Positions 1 through 12,200 of a DNA stretch of 64,000 bases are shown piece by piece. Within the stretch, counting starts at the first letter, position 1. Every line of letters begins with the position of its first letter. This DNA is from Anolis carolinensis. Its lineage: Eukaryota. The stretch is taken from the NCBI RefSeq assembly GCF_035594765.1, contig NW_026943821.1:18259608-18323607 (forward strand). The letters are read 5' to 3'. The notes beneath the pieces are model-generated. The model did not search any database. It was given only the letters and a program-made list of their open reading frames with translations, and had not been told where the DNA came from. Position numbers and translations under genes: made by a program.

Positions 1-342
1 TGGATTGTGCAGGGACCAAAATAGGTTGGCAGGGAGTGAGGAGGGGGATTATGATTAGGAGCAGTAGTATCTGGAGGAGGAGGGAGCAAAACTTGTTTCC
101 AAAAGGGAGGTTCCTCATACATGGGGGCCCTCCCTGCCCTCCATCACCAGACCCACTTGGCTGTGGCTGCCTCCCTTCCTTCCTGATTGAGGGTCACTGC
201 CCTTTTCTCTTACTGCTGCTACCTTACCTACTCCTCTGGCCCCTTTTGTCTTGTTATCAGGAGTCTCAGGGAGATCTTTTCTTAGGTGGGGGAAAGGTGT
301 GCCTAAGGGAATCAGGGTGAGTTGACTGTTCTTCTCCATGGT

Positions 343-580
343 TTTTTTTCGTGTCAGGCGCGACTTAAGAAACTGCAAGTTGCTTCTGGTGTGAGAGAAT
401 TGGCAGTCTGCAAGGACGTTGCCTAGGGGATGCCCAGATGTTTTACCATCCTGTGTAAGGCTTCTCTCATATCCCCGCATGCGAAGCTGGAGCTGACATA
501 AGGGAGCTCACCCACTCCCTGGATTCAAACCGCTGATCTTTCGGCCAGCAGCCCTACCGTCACAAGGGTGACCCGGTGCA
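343..580 (-). mobile_element. tRNA-derived SINE family B (Anolis SINE2-like); other copies 14736-14985(-), 19262-19527(+), 23965-24465(+), 28934-29195(+)
   Basis: Shared body (gagaagcctcccacaaggatggtaaaacatc...ccttgcagacggccaattctctcac...cctgacacg) plus A-tail, with a tRNA-like head. Confidence 0.85.
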
Positions 581-2506
581 TTACTCAGCCTGCCTTTGTA
601 AAGGTCACGCCATGGAAAAAAATGACCCTTGTGTAGGTAGGAATGTGCTATTGTATGCCATGTTTCCCCAATACACTTCGTTTTGCTTGCGGAAACAAGA
701 AAAGGGGGTTATGCTCCATAAAATACAGCTTGTCCCTTCCTTCCGGCTTTCCTTTCTGAATGTTTTTTTTTTGGGGGGGGGGGGGAGAGATGATTGCAGT
801 GGAGGTACTGCTGCTGCTGGGGCCATGGCCTGTCCTCCCCCCTGCTCTGCTCCTCCTCCTCCTCTTGCGGTGAGCCGCCTGGCAGCCTCAGGGAGGTTGA
901 TCTCATCCTGCAAAAATGCTCCGTGGCGCAGGAAATGGTCTGGAAGGAATTGCTGGTGTCTCTCTCCTTGAACCACAGCAGCAGCAAGAGACAGCGCAGA
1001 GGGAGGCCAGGCGATTCCCCCAGAGGCCCCTCTTGCTCAATCCCAGGGCCTCTGGGGATGGGACTGGGCCTGACTCACTAACTGCCCAAACATGGGACTG
1101 AGCCGGGTTTGATCCTGTTGAATCCCAGGCACGCCAGCCCTTTGGGATTGACAGAGAGCCTTGTGCGGGAGCTCAGGGGAAGGCTCAGGGATTTCCAGTT
1201 GGAGTCTCAAAAGGCAGGAGACGTTGTTGGCGTTGGGCAGAGAGAACTGGACGGTTGGTCCCAGACAGCCTGGCTGTGCCCTTTCCCTGCTTCATGGGCT
1301 CATGGGGCCAGCAAGGGAAGAACCTGTCCTTTGCAACCATGGCTCAATGGCCTCCCTTTTCTGAGCTGCATAGGGCTCCCTGCCCTCCCTGCTATGGCTG
1401 GAGAAGAGGTAGGGTTTCTGCAGAAAGCTTGCCTGCAGTTTATAAACCTTGACTTTCAGGTGCTGCCATCTGGCGCTGTGTGTAGCAGAGGAGATCCTGA
1501 TACCTTCCTGTGTGTGTTTATGTTGCGGTTGAGCAGTAGCTCTTGGTGCAAATTGGAGTTTTAGGAAAGCCACTGTGCATCTGTGGCTGTTGTTTGTGTC
1601 CATCTTGGGTTCTGTCAGTGTGTCTGATCCCCACCCCCATTATGCTGGGTCCACTAGATTTCTGGAGCATAAGACAAAGCCTAAATTTAGTTTCTTGCCC
1701 AGGCCTGGGCAAACCTTGACTCTCCCTCCAGGTGTTTTGAGCTTTGACTCCCACAATTGTACAAGTTGAAGTTTTAGGGTCCCTGCCCCCACTGCTCCGG
1801 ATGGGGCAGGCAAAATCACTGTGTCCCTCAGGACTTGTCTCTACCTTTTTCTTCTCACTCAGCAGCTGCTGTTCAGTGTGGCTCTCTTTGGACCCAGCTC
1901 AGGATCTGTGTCTGTGCCAGGGACATTCCTCCCAGGAACGGTCCTTTGCTCCTTGTACTGCCCTACAAATGCCACCCTGACCCTGGCCTGGGGCCCAGGT
2001 GCTTTCACAAGGGCTGTCAGAAGGAATGGCCCTGGTCCCAAAGTGGGGTGGGAGGTGTAGTTGGCACAGGGCTTGTGAGGGGCTGCAATTGGACCCAGGT
2101 GGGTGAGGAGCCCCACTTCTCAAAAGCTCTTGCCTATCTGGGCAGCTGTGCAGAGAGAGGGGAATCTGATTCTGTACTCTGGCTCAATGGAGGGGGGCTG
2201 AAAGGTTGGAATTTCCTGGAAGGCATCACGAGGGCAGAGGCAGCTCCCTTGCCTCTCCAGTCTGCCCCAGGATGACGGGTCCAGTCTTGCTGCAACTACA
2301 GGAAGGGAAAAGGGAGAGGGCGGGGGGGGGGGGGGGCTTCTTGTTGCCTATCCGCCAAGGACTGGAGGGCCCCTCACTGATCCTGATGCCCCCCCATTCT
2401 CCGATTGCAAAGGGGTTTGGGAGGCCCTCTCCCCCTCCCTGCAGGCATGGTATGCAGTCCTTGCAAGGGGAGGCTATGAGTCCCTAGCCCTGAACCCAAG
2501 GAGGGC

Positions 2507-3035
2507 TGTGAGGTGGTGTTGGGGCTTTACTAAGTCCCTAGTATATTTTTCTTCCAGTTGTACTGACACTAGAGACAGGAGATCCAAGCTACAGCTTTAT
2601 TACTGGCCAGAGCAAAACTAAGGATGACCAGCAAAGAACGAAATGTGCCACAAGGCTGAGATGCAATTTAGCCCTTTTATAGTAGAGATTTCTTAAAGTT
2701 TTTAAAACATGTGCACAAGCCTTTTCCTCATTTACACTTCTCTTATCCACAACAGTTTCCCCCTCTCTTCCCCTCTTCCTTCACTCCCCCTCTCTTCTCT
2801 TCAGGTCTTAAAGCCCTTTTGAACCCCTTTACCTACTTTCATCTTTCTCAGTTGCCTATCTAAGGCTCCTGCATGCTCTGTTTTGTCTAGCAGAGATTGG
2901 CAAAGTGAGCTTTTTAGATCCTCTTCTCAAATCCTCCACCCCGCCCCATCTCAATCTTCCTTTTTAACTTTCTCAAAATTTCAGTCTTATAAAATCCACA
3001 AAAATTTCATCTTCTTTACTTGACCTCTTGAGACA
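2507..3035 (-). mobile_element. Possible solo LTR upstream of the FHL3 coding exons
   Basis: Compositionally distinct block with possible TG...CA ends; on the minus strand TATAAAA (~2680) lies ~80 nt before AATAAA (~2600). No TSD found. Confidence 0.4.
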
Positions 3036-3197
3036 ATGCCCTCTGTCTCCGCAGCCACTCCTAGGGCCTTGTGTGCATTGGTGCATATGTGTGTGTGTCC
3101 CTTTCACCTGGAGCTGAGACTAATCCTGCCCATGAGTCCATGACACTGAAGGCCCCCGTTCTCCTCTTCCCCCTTTCCTTCCAGAGAAGACACCAGG

Positions 3198-4949
3198 ATG
3201 ACAGAGGGCTTTGACTGCGCCGGCTGCAAGGAGTCCCTTTACGGGCGCAAGTACATCCAGGCGGAGGAGGGCCCCTTCTGCATCCCCTGCTACGACGCCC
3301 ACTTTGCCAACACCTGCGATGAGTGCAAGGAGCTCATTGGCCACGACAGCCGGGTGAGGCAGGTGGCACACACACACACACATATATATGCATGAGAAGG
3401 GTGGGATGGGTGATGCTGTCTTTCTGCCCCCTCCATACATCCCATTGCAAGTACAGGCTTCTTCCTGTCCTCTTTCCTCTGCATGGCATATGCTCAGCCC
3501 AACGCTCCCTCCAGGGGGAAGGACTGTGGCCTTCTGGCTGACCGGCTGGCCCTAAAAGCCTCCCCGCCCCCCAAAGGCATTGCTCACCATGCAGGGCTTT
3601 TGCTGGTTGTGGCTCAATGGAGGCCTGAATCAGGCTGTGCAGCAAAGCCCCATTTCTCTCTGAGCTCCCTTCCTCCAAAACACTGTGTCAGTACCACAGT
3701 CCTCTGCTTCTGCTGCCTCTCAATGTGCGTCGTCTGGTGCTGTGACCCAGGCTGAGGGTTCCAGAGTGTGGGGCAAAGAGGGCAGCAGCAGCCAGTCCTT
3801 GACCTCCCACCGTATCCCCCTCCACCCCCCTGCTTCTCTCCCCTTAGGAGCTGTACTATGAGGACCGACACTACCACGAGGGCTGCTTCCGGTGCTTCCG
3901 GTGTGGCTGCTCCCTGGCTGAGGAGCCCTTCACCTGCCAATCCGAGGAGCTGCTCTGCAACGCCTGCTACTGCCGCGAGTTTTCCTCCCAGTGTGTTTCA
4001 TGCCAGCAGGTGGTAATGCCAGGTGGGACCCCCACTCACTCCCGCCCAATGCCAAGAGGGCTCAATCCCACCTCATGGTGGCTGAGAGAAGGAAGACCCC
4101 AGTGGGCCTTTTCCACCCACCCCTTTCATGGACTCCTTCCATCTCACAGGATCCCGGAAGCTGGAGTACGGCGGTCAGACATGGCACGAGCACTGCTTCC
4201 TCTGCAGTAGCTGCCAGCAGCCCATTGGGTCCCGGTCTTTCATCCCCGATCAGAAGGACTACTACTGTGTCCCCTGCTATGAGAGCAAGTTTGCCCCCCG
4301 CTGCACCAGCTGCAAGAAGGTGGGGCATCCTTTGGGGGTGGGCAGAGGCGAAATGGGAAAGGAGATAGGGGCCTGTTAGCCCTTCAGGCAGAGGGAAGGT
4401 GGGGGTCCTGCTGGCAGCAGTGTTGCTAACCTTTCCCCCCTTCCCGCAGTCGCTGACCAAAGGCGGGGTGACCTACCGAGATGAACCCTGGCACAAGGAG
4501 TGCTTTGTATGCACCGGCTGCCGGGCCCCTCTGGCTGGGCAGCAGTTCACCTCCCAGGAAGAACAGCCTTACTGCCTCAAATGCTTTGGGAGCCTCTATG
4601 CCAAGAAGTGCAGTGGATGCACCAAGCCCATCACTGGTGAGCGGGAGGAGAAGGCTGAGCACCCAAAGCCAGTGCCCTGGGGGTCCTTGGGGCAGAGAGT
4701 GGGTCAGCCAAAGGAGGCTGGATGAATGAACAGCACCCTAGCTCTCTTGTGCAGAGGGAACTGCATCCTCACTCCTTCTTTCTCTCACTCCTTCCAGGCT
4801 TTGGTGGGGGCAAGTACGTCTCTTTTGAGGAGCGCCACTGGCACCAGCACTGCTTCAGCTGCTCCCGTTGCGCCACCTCCCTGGTGGGCAAGGGCTTCAT
4901 CCCAGAGAATGAGCAGGTCCTGTGCCGCGACTGTGCAACCAACCTCTGA
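3198..4949 (+). CDS. FHL3: Four and a half LIM domains protein 3, 5 coding exons, 279 aa
   Basis: Exons 3198-3353, 3848-4022, 4150-4319, 4450-4636, 4798-4949; all GT-AG, 840 nt in frame. Half LIM plus four LIM domains (MTEGFDCAGCKESLYGRKYIQ...GSRKLEYGGQTWHEHCF...GGGKYVSFEERHWH) match FHL3. An acceptor ending at 3184 implies an upstream non-coding exon. Confidence 0.96.
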
Positions 4950-5331
4950 AAGGCCCCACCTGGGCCACCCCCGCCCTCTGAAGGGCTCCTCAGTGTGCCA
5001 AAGCCCCTCCTGGAGCAGCAGCCCCCTCCCACCCATCCCTCGGAGCTGGGTCTCTCCTCCACAAGTGGGAGGGGTCCCTTTGCCCCGGGGCCACCTGTGC
5101 CTTTCCTGCTCCAGGCCCTGTTTCCCTGCCTTGGATGTTCACAACTGCCTCTCTTCCCTGGGCAGAATGTTATGCATGTGGCTTCTTACGAAACCTATAC
5201 ATGGGGGAATCTCTCTCAGTCTCTCTCTTTTCTCCTCCCCCTTTTATATGCTTCTGTGCAGTCTGTGTATGCGTGAAGGAGAGAGAGAAAGAAAGAAGAA
5301 AAGTGTGTGTGTGTCTTTTCTGGCTTTGTAT

Positions 5332-5337
5332 AATAAA
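5332..5337 (+). terminator. Probable FHL3 polyadenylation signal AATAAA
   Basis: AATAAA ~380 nt after the stop codon, followed by T-rich sequence. Confidence 0.6.
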
Positions 5338-6661
5338 CAACATTAATGACCCACTGTGCTTCTTCACTTTTTAAGTTGGGCATGGGGTTCTTTTTGCATC
5401 ACCTGAGCCTGCAAATTACCTTCCGAGACAGTTGTGCCCCAAATACCAGTCTCTTCCAATTCTACTCCTCTCCACTTGTGGCTTTCTGAGCCCAATGGGA
5501 CTGCCAACACCTTTTTCCTCTCCTGGGCATTTCTCCAAAGTAGGCAAACAGACATTTTTATTTCTCTTCCCTGGTTCAGAGTGGGAGAATGGGCCCCCAA
5601 AAGCAGGAGGTGCTTTTTCTAGGCAACACATCACTGTTGTACTCAGGGGGTTCGATCTCTCTGCCTCCCAGAGGGACTGTATGGATGTAATGGGGAAGCC
5701 TTGAGTCTCCTACAAAGGGCTCCTTTGCGATGGCCATTTTCCTCAGTTCTGTGAAGGGCCCCCCCAACTTGCTCAGCAGCGTTTTCTGCCCGTTTGGCCA
5801 ATGAACCGTTTCTCTGACTGTTGATGGTGGGAGGTGTTCTCTTTATTCCCACTGGGTTGGTTCTCACTGTCACAAAATTGTGAGGGAAGGAAGAGATTTA
5901 TGGGTTTGCCTGAGTTATGGGGATTTTTTTGTGTTGAGACGCAAGTGCCCCCCCTTCCTATTTCCCAAACTCTTGGTGCCTCTGGGAGGCTGCCCTTTCC
6001 CTCCCTCCCTCCCTCCCCTGCCATCAGTGGAGTTCTTCTCCAAAAAAGGGAAAAATGGCCCCGTGGCGGCTGGCCAACATCTGGATCCCATCCCAACATG
6101 AGTGGGCCGTGACTTACACTGCTGCCTGGAAGGAAGGGGAGGGCTGTGAGGTAATGTTGCATGGCTGGGAGGCCTATGTCATGTGTGTGTGGTGTGTCTG
6201 TATGTAAGCATGCAGAGGAGGGGTGGTCCTGGAGCCTGGGTTGCTCAGATTCAGAAATGGAAATGGTTTGGGAGGGGAGAAGTGGGCTGAATGGGGAGTG
6301 CAGGGGTGGGAGACGCAAGGAGGCTGCAGTGTTACCTGTGGGCTTGCCTTCTAGCAGTCTTGCGAGAGTGGTTTCTCTGTCCTCTTAAGTGATAGCCAAG
6401 CTCTTGGACACCATTTCATTCCCTCCCCAGACGTGGTAAATGGGAGGCCACAAGGCCAGCATAAGGAGGAAGCTATTTCTTGTCACCTTTTCATTTTTAT
6501 TATTAAATTTAATGTATTATTTATATTAAAATGATATAACAATTGCAACCAGTACAAACAGTGACAAACAAAACAAACAAAACAATGACCATGACAAACA
6601 CAAGAAACAACTATCCTTCCTTCCTCACACCACCTAGGGCTTCTGTTGCCCCTCACTGTGA

Positions 6662-6990
6662 AAGGTAAAAGTTTTCTCCTGACATTAAGCCTGGTCATGT
6701 CCGACTCTGTTGGTTGGTGCTCATCTCCATTTCTAAGCTGAAAAACCAGAGTTCTCCATAGACACCCCCAAGGTCATGTGGCCGGCATGAGTGAATGGAG
6801 CGCAGTTACCTTCCTGCCGAAGCGGTAGCTATTGATCTACTCACATTGGCATGTTTTTGAACAGCTAGTTTGGCAGAAGCTGGGGCTGACAGCGGGAGCT
6901 CACCCCACTCCCTGGATTTGAACCCTCGACCTTTCGGTCAGCACGTTCGGCAGCTCAGCAGTTTAATCCGCTGCGTTACTGGGGGCTCCT
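6662..6990 (-). mobile_element. Sauria SINE; other copies ~8216-8529(+), 10713-10960(+), 29505-29835(+), 35283-35613(+), 53518-53690(-), 56293-56585(+), 61066-61391(+), 62240-62518(-)
   Basis: tRNA-like head ggagcccccggtggc...ggttcaaatcc, conserved core and (ACCTTT)n tail. Confidence 0.9.
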
Positions 6991-7166
6991 ACTCACTGTG
7001 ATACTTATGCCATATAATAGTTACCCTTGTAAATTGCTTAAATTATTCCTCTTGCAGCTTCCCTAAAATCCACTTTTGCCTTCCTTTGCAAATGTACAAA
7101 AGCCAGAGTGCATGTGTTTACAAACTTTTCAATATTTTTACCCTGTCCATTTGACATATTCTAATA

Positions 7167-7489
7167 CAGTAGAGTCTCACTAATCCAAGCCTCGCTTATC
7201 CAAGCCTCTGGATAATCCAAGCCATTTTTGTAGTCAATGTTTCCAAAATATCGTGATATTTTGGTGCTAAAGTCGTAAATACAGTAATTACAAGATAACA
7301 TTACTGCATATTGAACTACTTTTTCTGTCAAATTTGTTGTATAACATGAAGTTTTGGTGCTTAATTTGTAAAATCATAACCTAATTTGATGTTTAATAGG
7401 CTTTTCCTTGATCAGTCCTTATAATCCAAGCTATTCGCTTATCCAAGCTTCTGCCGGCCCGTTTAGCTTGGATAAGTGAGACTCTACTG
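7167..7489. mobile_element. Tc1/mariner(pogo)-type MITE; other copies 27504-27826, ~30120-30438, 41002-41285, 43039-43375, ~53700-54027, ~54343-54992, 55639-55961, 55978-56285, ~56600-57065
   Basis: Terminal inverted repeats CAGTAGAGTCTCAC...GTGAGACTCTACTG flanked by TA; ~320 bp. Confidence 0.9.
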
Positions 7490-8005
7490 TAACTTAGCTT
7501 TCCCTTTTGCTGCTCCTGCAGAGGTTGCGATGCACAACCTTCGGCCCCCCCTCACTATATCCTGGCATTTATGGAGTGGACACCACCCCCTTGGTGTCTC
7601 TCCCCAGAGGCCCCAGTGAGCCCCAGGCCAGAGTGGTTAGAGCACTGGAGTGGGAGACCAGAGTCCAAATCCCACTGGGTGCCCTTAAGCAAGTCACACC
7701 TTCTCAGCTTTGGAGGGAGGTAAAGGCCACTCTTGCCAAAAAAGCCTTGTGATAGGTTCATCTTGGTGCCACCCGAGCCAGAAAGGAAGCCAACCACAAG
7801 CACAGCCTCCTGCAAAGGGGCTGCCAAGGCATCCGGTGAGGCTGCCCTATGCCACCTACCTGCCTCAGACAACACTGAGACGTTGCTTCCCAATGGCGGA
7901 AGAATGACCCCACTTTCGGCTACAGCCTCTTAAGCTTCAGACCTGACGGGCTGCAGCGACACTGCACTATAGATGCGGTTTGACACCATTGGAACGTGTT
8001 ATTGA

Positions 8006-9085
8006 AGGCTTTCATGGCCGGAACCACGGGGTTGCTGTGAGTTTTCTGGGCCATGTTCCAGAAGCATTCTCTCCTGACATTTTGCCCACACCCATAGCAG
8101 GCATCCTCAAAGGTTGTGAGGTCTGTTGGAAACTAGGCAAGCGGGGTTTATATATCTGGGGGGGGGGGGGGGGATAACTCTTGAGCCAAATGTGCATGCT
8201 GCAATTGGCCAGCTTGTGTGTTAAAGAGCTGAGCTGCTGAACTTGCGGACCAAAAGATCCCAGGTTCAAATCCCGGGAGCGGAATGAGCGCCCGCTGTTA
8301 GCCCCAGCTCCTGCCAACCTAGCAGTTCGAAAACATGCCAATGTGAGTAGATCAATAGGTACTACTCCGGTAGGAAGGTAACGGCGCTCCATGCAGTCAT
8401 GCCGGCCACATGACCTTGGAGGTGTCTACGGACAACGCCAGCTCTTCGACCTAGAAATGAAGATGAGCACCAACCCCCAGAGTCAGTCACGACTGGACTT
8501 AACGTCAGGGGAAACCTTTACCTTTACCTAGCCATGTTCCAGAAGCATTCTCTCCTGACATTTTGCCCACATCCATAGCAGGCATCCTCAAAGGTTATGA
8601 GGTCTGTTGGAAACTAGGCAAGCAGGGTTTATATATCTGTGGAAAGTCCAGAGGGGGGAAAATAACTCTTGTCTGCCTGAGCCAAATGTGAATGCTGCAA
8701 TTGGCCAGCTTGATTAGCATCGAATAGTCTGGCAGCTTTGTGGCCTGTCTGCTTCCTGGCTGAGGCAATCCTTTGTTGGGTGGTGTTAGCTGGCCCTGAT
8801 TGTTTCTTGTCTGGAATTCCCCTATCTCCTGAGTGTTGTTCTTTACTGTCCTGATTCTAGAGTTTTTTGAATATTGGTAGTCAGATTTTGTTCATTTTTA
8901 TGGTTTCGTCCTTTCTGTTGAAATTGTCCACACGCTTGTGGATTTCAGTGGCTTCTCTGTGTAGTCTGACATGGTGGTTGAGAGATGAGAGTGGTCCAGC
9001 ATTTTTGCGTTCTCAAATAATGTGCTGTGTCCAGGTTGGTTCATCAAGTGCTCTGCTATGGCTGACCTCTCTGATTGAGTTAGTT
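8006..9085 (-). mobile_element. Penelope-like element 3' fragment (GIY-YIG endonuclease C-terminus plus terminal repeat), interrupted by a Sauria SINE
   Basis: Minus strand ~9080-8850 reads SAIAEHLMNQPGH...HHVRLHREATEIHK...NFNRKDE with decay. The same terminal sequence recurs at ~55495-55610 and 57066-57112. Confidence 0.8.
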
Positions 9086-9089
9086 AGTT

Positions 9090-9257
9090 AGGAAGGAAGA
9101 GGCGGCGGAACCTTTCTGCGTGCGCTCCCAGGGGCGGGAGGAACTTCTTGCAAACGGACCGCGGCCGGAAATAAATAAATAAGGGGGGGTGTTTCTGCCT
9201 GAGGCGCGCGCGCAACTTCCGGCCGGGCTTCTTCTTCCTTTCGCCGCCAGCTCCGCC
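9090..9257 (+). promoter_or_regulatory. CpG-rich SF3A3 promoter/5'UTR
   Basis: CpG-rich with a GC box (GGGGCGGGA), ETS-like ACTTCCGG/CCGGAA motifs and a pyrimidine tract before a strong Kozak gccATGg at 9258. Confidence 0.7.
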
Positions 9258-12200
9258 ATGGAGACCATCCTGGAGCAGCAGCGGCGTTACCACGAAGAGC
9301 GGGAGAGATTGATGGACGTCATGGTCAAGGAGATGCTGACACGGAAGACCACGGTTAGTTAGTTATACAGGAGGCATAGGCTAAGGTAAGCATGGGCCAA
9401 CTTGGGCCTTCTCTCCAGGTGTTTTGGACTTCAACTCCCACCATTCCTCACAGCCTCAGGCCCTTTCCTTTTACCCCCCAGCCGCTTAAGCGGCTGGGGG
9501 GTAAAAGGAAGGGGCCTGAGGCTGTGAGGAATGGTGGGAGTTGAAGTCCAAAACACCTGCAGAGAAGGCCCAAGTTGGCCCATGCCTGCCTTACACTATT
9601 CAAAACTAACTGCACCTCGTTGAGGACTTGAAACTTGGGTTCCAACAGGAGGTACTCCCCACTGGCCCTTTCTCCTCTTCCCTCACTCTCACTCTCTTCC
9701 TCTTCTCTGCAGCTTCGGGACCAAATCAACTCGGACCACCGGACCCGAGCTATGCAGGACGTGAGTGGAGGCACCGCCGGGGAGCCTGGGGAGGGAGGAC
9801 ACCGTGGGACCGTGGGACCATCCAGTCCAGCCCCCGTCCCTCTCCTTCCCTCTTCCTTCCTTCTGTGGTCCAAGCCTTCCCGACAGCCTCGGCTCACAAT
9901 CCTCCCGAGAAAGAGGATTAGCACAGCGCAGTTACCTTCCTGCCGAAGCGGTAGCTATTGATCTACTCACATTGGCATGTTTTTGAACAGCTAGTTTGGC
10001 AGAAGCTGGGGCTGACAGCGGGAGCTCACCCCACTCCCTGGATTTGAACCCTCGACCTTTCGGTCAGCACGTTCGGCAGCTCAGCAGTTTAATCCGCTGC
10101 GTTACTGGGGGCTCCTACTCACTGTGATACTTATGCCATATAATAGTTACCCTTGTAAATTGCTTAAATTATTCCTCTTGCAGCTTCCCTAAAATCCACT
10201 TTTGCCTTCCTTTGCAAATGTACAAAAGCCAGAGTGCATGTGTTTACAAACTTTTCAATATTTTTACCCTGTCCATTTGACATATTCTAATACAGTAGAG
10301 TCTCACTAATCCAAGCCTCGCTTATCCAAGCCTCTGGATAATCCAAGCCATTTTTGTAGTCAATGTTTCCAAAATATCGTGATATTTTGGTGCTAAAGTC
10401 GTAAATACAGTAATTACAAGATAACATTACTGCATATTGAACTACTTTTTCTGTCTTTCTCTCCTTCCCTCTTCCTTCCTTCTGTGGTCCAAGCCTTCCC
10501 GACAGCCTCGGCTCACAATCCTCCCGAGAAAGAGGATTAGCACAGCAGGCTTAGAAAAATCCTACTGATTGAAAGGTTGCCAGTTTGAGCCCGGGTCGGG
10601 GTCAGCACCTGCTGTTAGCCCCAGCTCACCTGCCCACCTAGCAGGTTGAAAGCAGAAATTCGAGTAGATAAATAGGTACTGCTTTTAGTGGGGAGGTTTT
10701 TTTTTAATAAAGGCCCCTGGTGGCACAATGTGTTAAAGCGCTGAGCTGCTGAACTTGTGGACCAAAAGGTCCCAGGTTCAAATCCCGGGAGCGGAATGAG
10801 CGCCCGCTGTTAGCCCCTGCTCCTGCCAACCTAGCAGTTCGACAACATGCAAATGTGAGTAGACCAATAGATACCGCTCCATGCAGTCATGCCGGCCACA
10901 TGACCTTGGAGGCGTCTACGGACAACACCGGCTCTTTGGCTTAGAAATTGAGATGAGCAGTTGGAAGGGGCAGGGCTGCTTTGAAGACTAGAACTGGCAC
11001 GGGCTTTAAGATCTACCAGGAAGGCCCTCCTCTTGGTCCCACCTCTGTCTTAAGTGCGCCTGGTGGGACAAGACCTTTTCTGCCAGTTGAACATCCTTTG
11101 TCACTCCCTCAGCTGCTCCTCAGGGGGAGTCATAGTTTTCAAATCTTTCAAATCTTTGGCCATTTTGGTGGTCCTTCTCTGGACGTGGCCCCCTCCCGCT
11201 CCTGATATGGTCTGTAGACATTGTCATTTTTTCTTCCTGGCCTCTACTTGAGTAGATGAACTACTGCAAGCTTAAGGAAGCCAGCAAAACAATTTGCTTG
11301 ACAGCCAAAAAAAAAGACAACCAAAAAAAGCCATTCCTCTCCTTGCCAAAAGGGATATAAATTTTGCCACAGTTTGGAAAAGTTAAAGGCAGAACAGGAA
11401 CTACAGTTCCAAGACAGTAACATTTTCAAGCACTGGCTTTAGAGAATACTACAAATATTTTGAGACCCAGTTTTGGGGGAAAGGTGGGCATCTGCAGCTG
11501 GGCCTCGAGCCCACACAGCCCACTCTTTCGCCCCCCCCTGATGGCAGAGCCTTCCTTCTCTTGCAGCGCTACATGGAGGTGAGCGGCAACCTGCGTGACC
11601 TGTACGACGACAAAGACGGGTGAGAATGGAGGGGTCGACTGGCAGTTCCATGGGTGGGGAAGGGCAGGGGCATTGTGGCCTTTGGGGGAAAGAAGGGGTG
11701 ACTCCTTGGGGTTCCCCACAAATGCTCCCCAAACCTTTGCTGCAGTCAAGCCACCCTTGATGCTCTCCATGGGTACCTGGAAGAAGGGTCCAACAATCTC
11801 TGAATGTGCAGTTGGGCAGGAGAGCCAACACCCTTCTCTTCTCTCTGTCAAGCACACAATCCATTTCATTTCTCCACCTTTTTGTGGCCCCCCAGGCTCC
11901 GGAAGGAGGAGCTTAGCGCCATCTCAGGACCCAACGAGTTTGCCGAATTCTACAACCGCCTCAAGCAGATCAAGGAGTTCCACCGGAAGCATCCCAATGA
12001 GGTGAGGGCCTGCAGGACAGGCAGCTGCTCCCCGTTCTACCAATGGACACCCAATAAAGGCCTGAAACAAAACACCATGCGACACAATTTTTGTTCCTGG
12101 GTTATAAATGTCATTTCCTAATTGGTTCTGTCATAAAAACATGGAAAATGTTTATTAAACTGCAAAAACTTTGTCTATGTGGGAGGGACATTTTGCAGCA

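Noticed and set aside
576-1564. Overlapping ORFs upstream of FHL3 (e.g. 794-1081, 1109-1564, 605-976 minus)
   Set aside because: No recognisable domain or consistent exon structure; GC-rich sequence readily gives such ORFs. Probably FHL3 intron 1 or upstream sequence.
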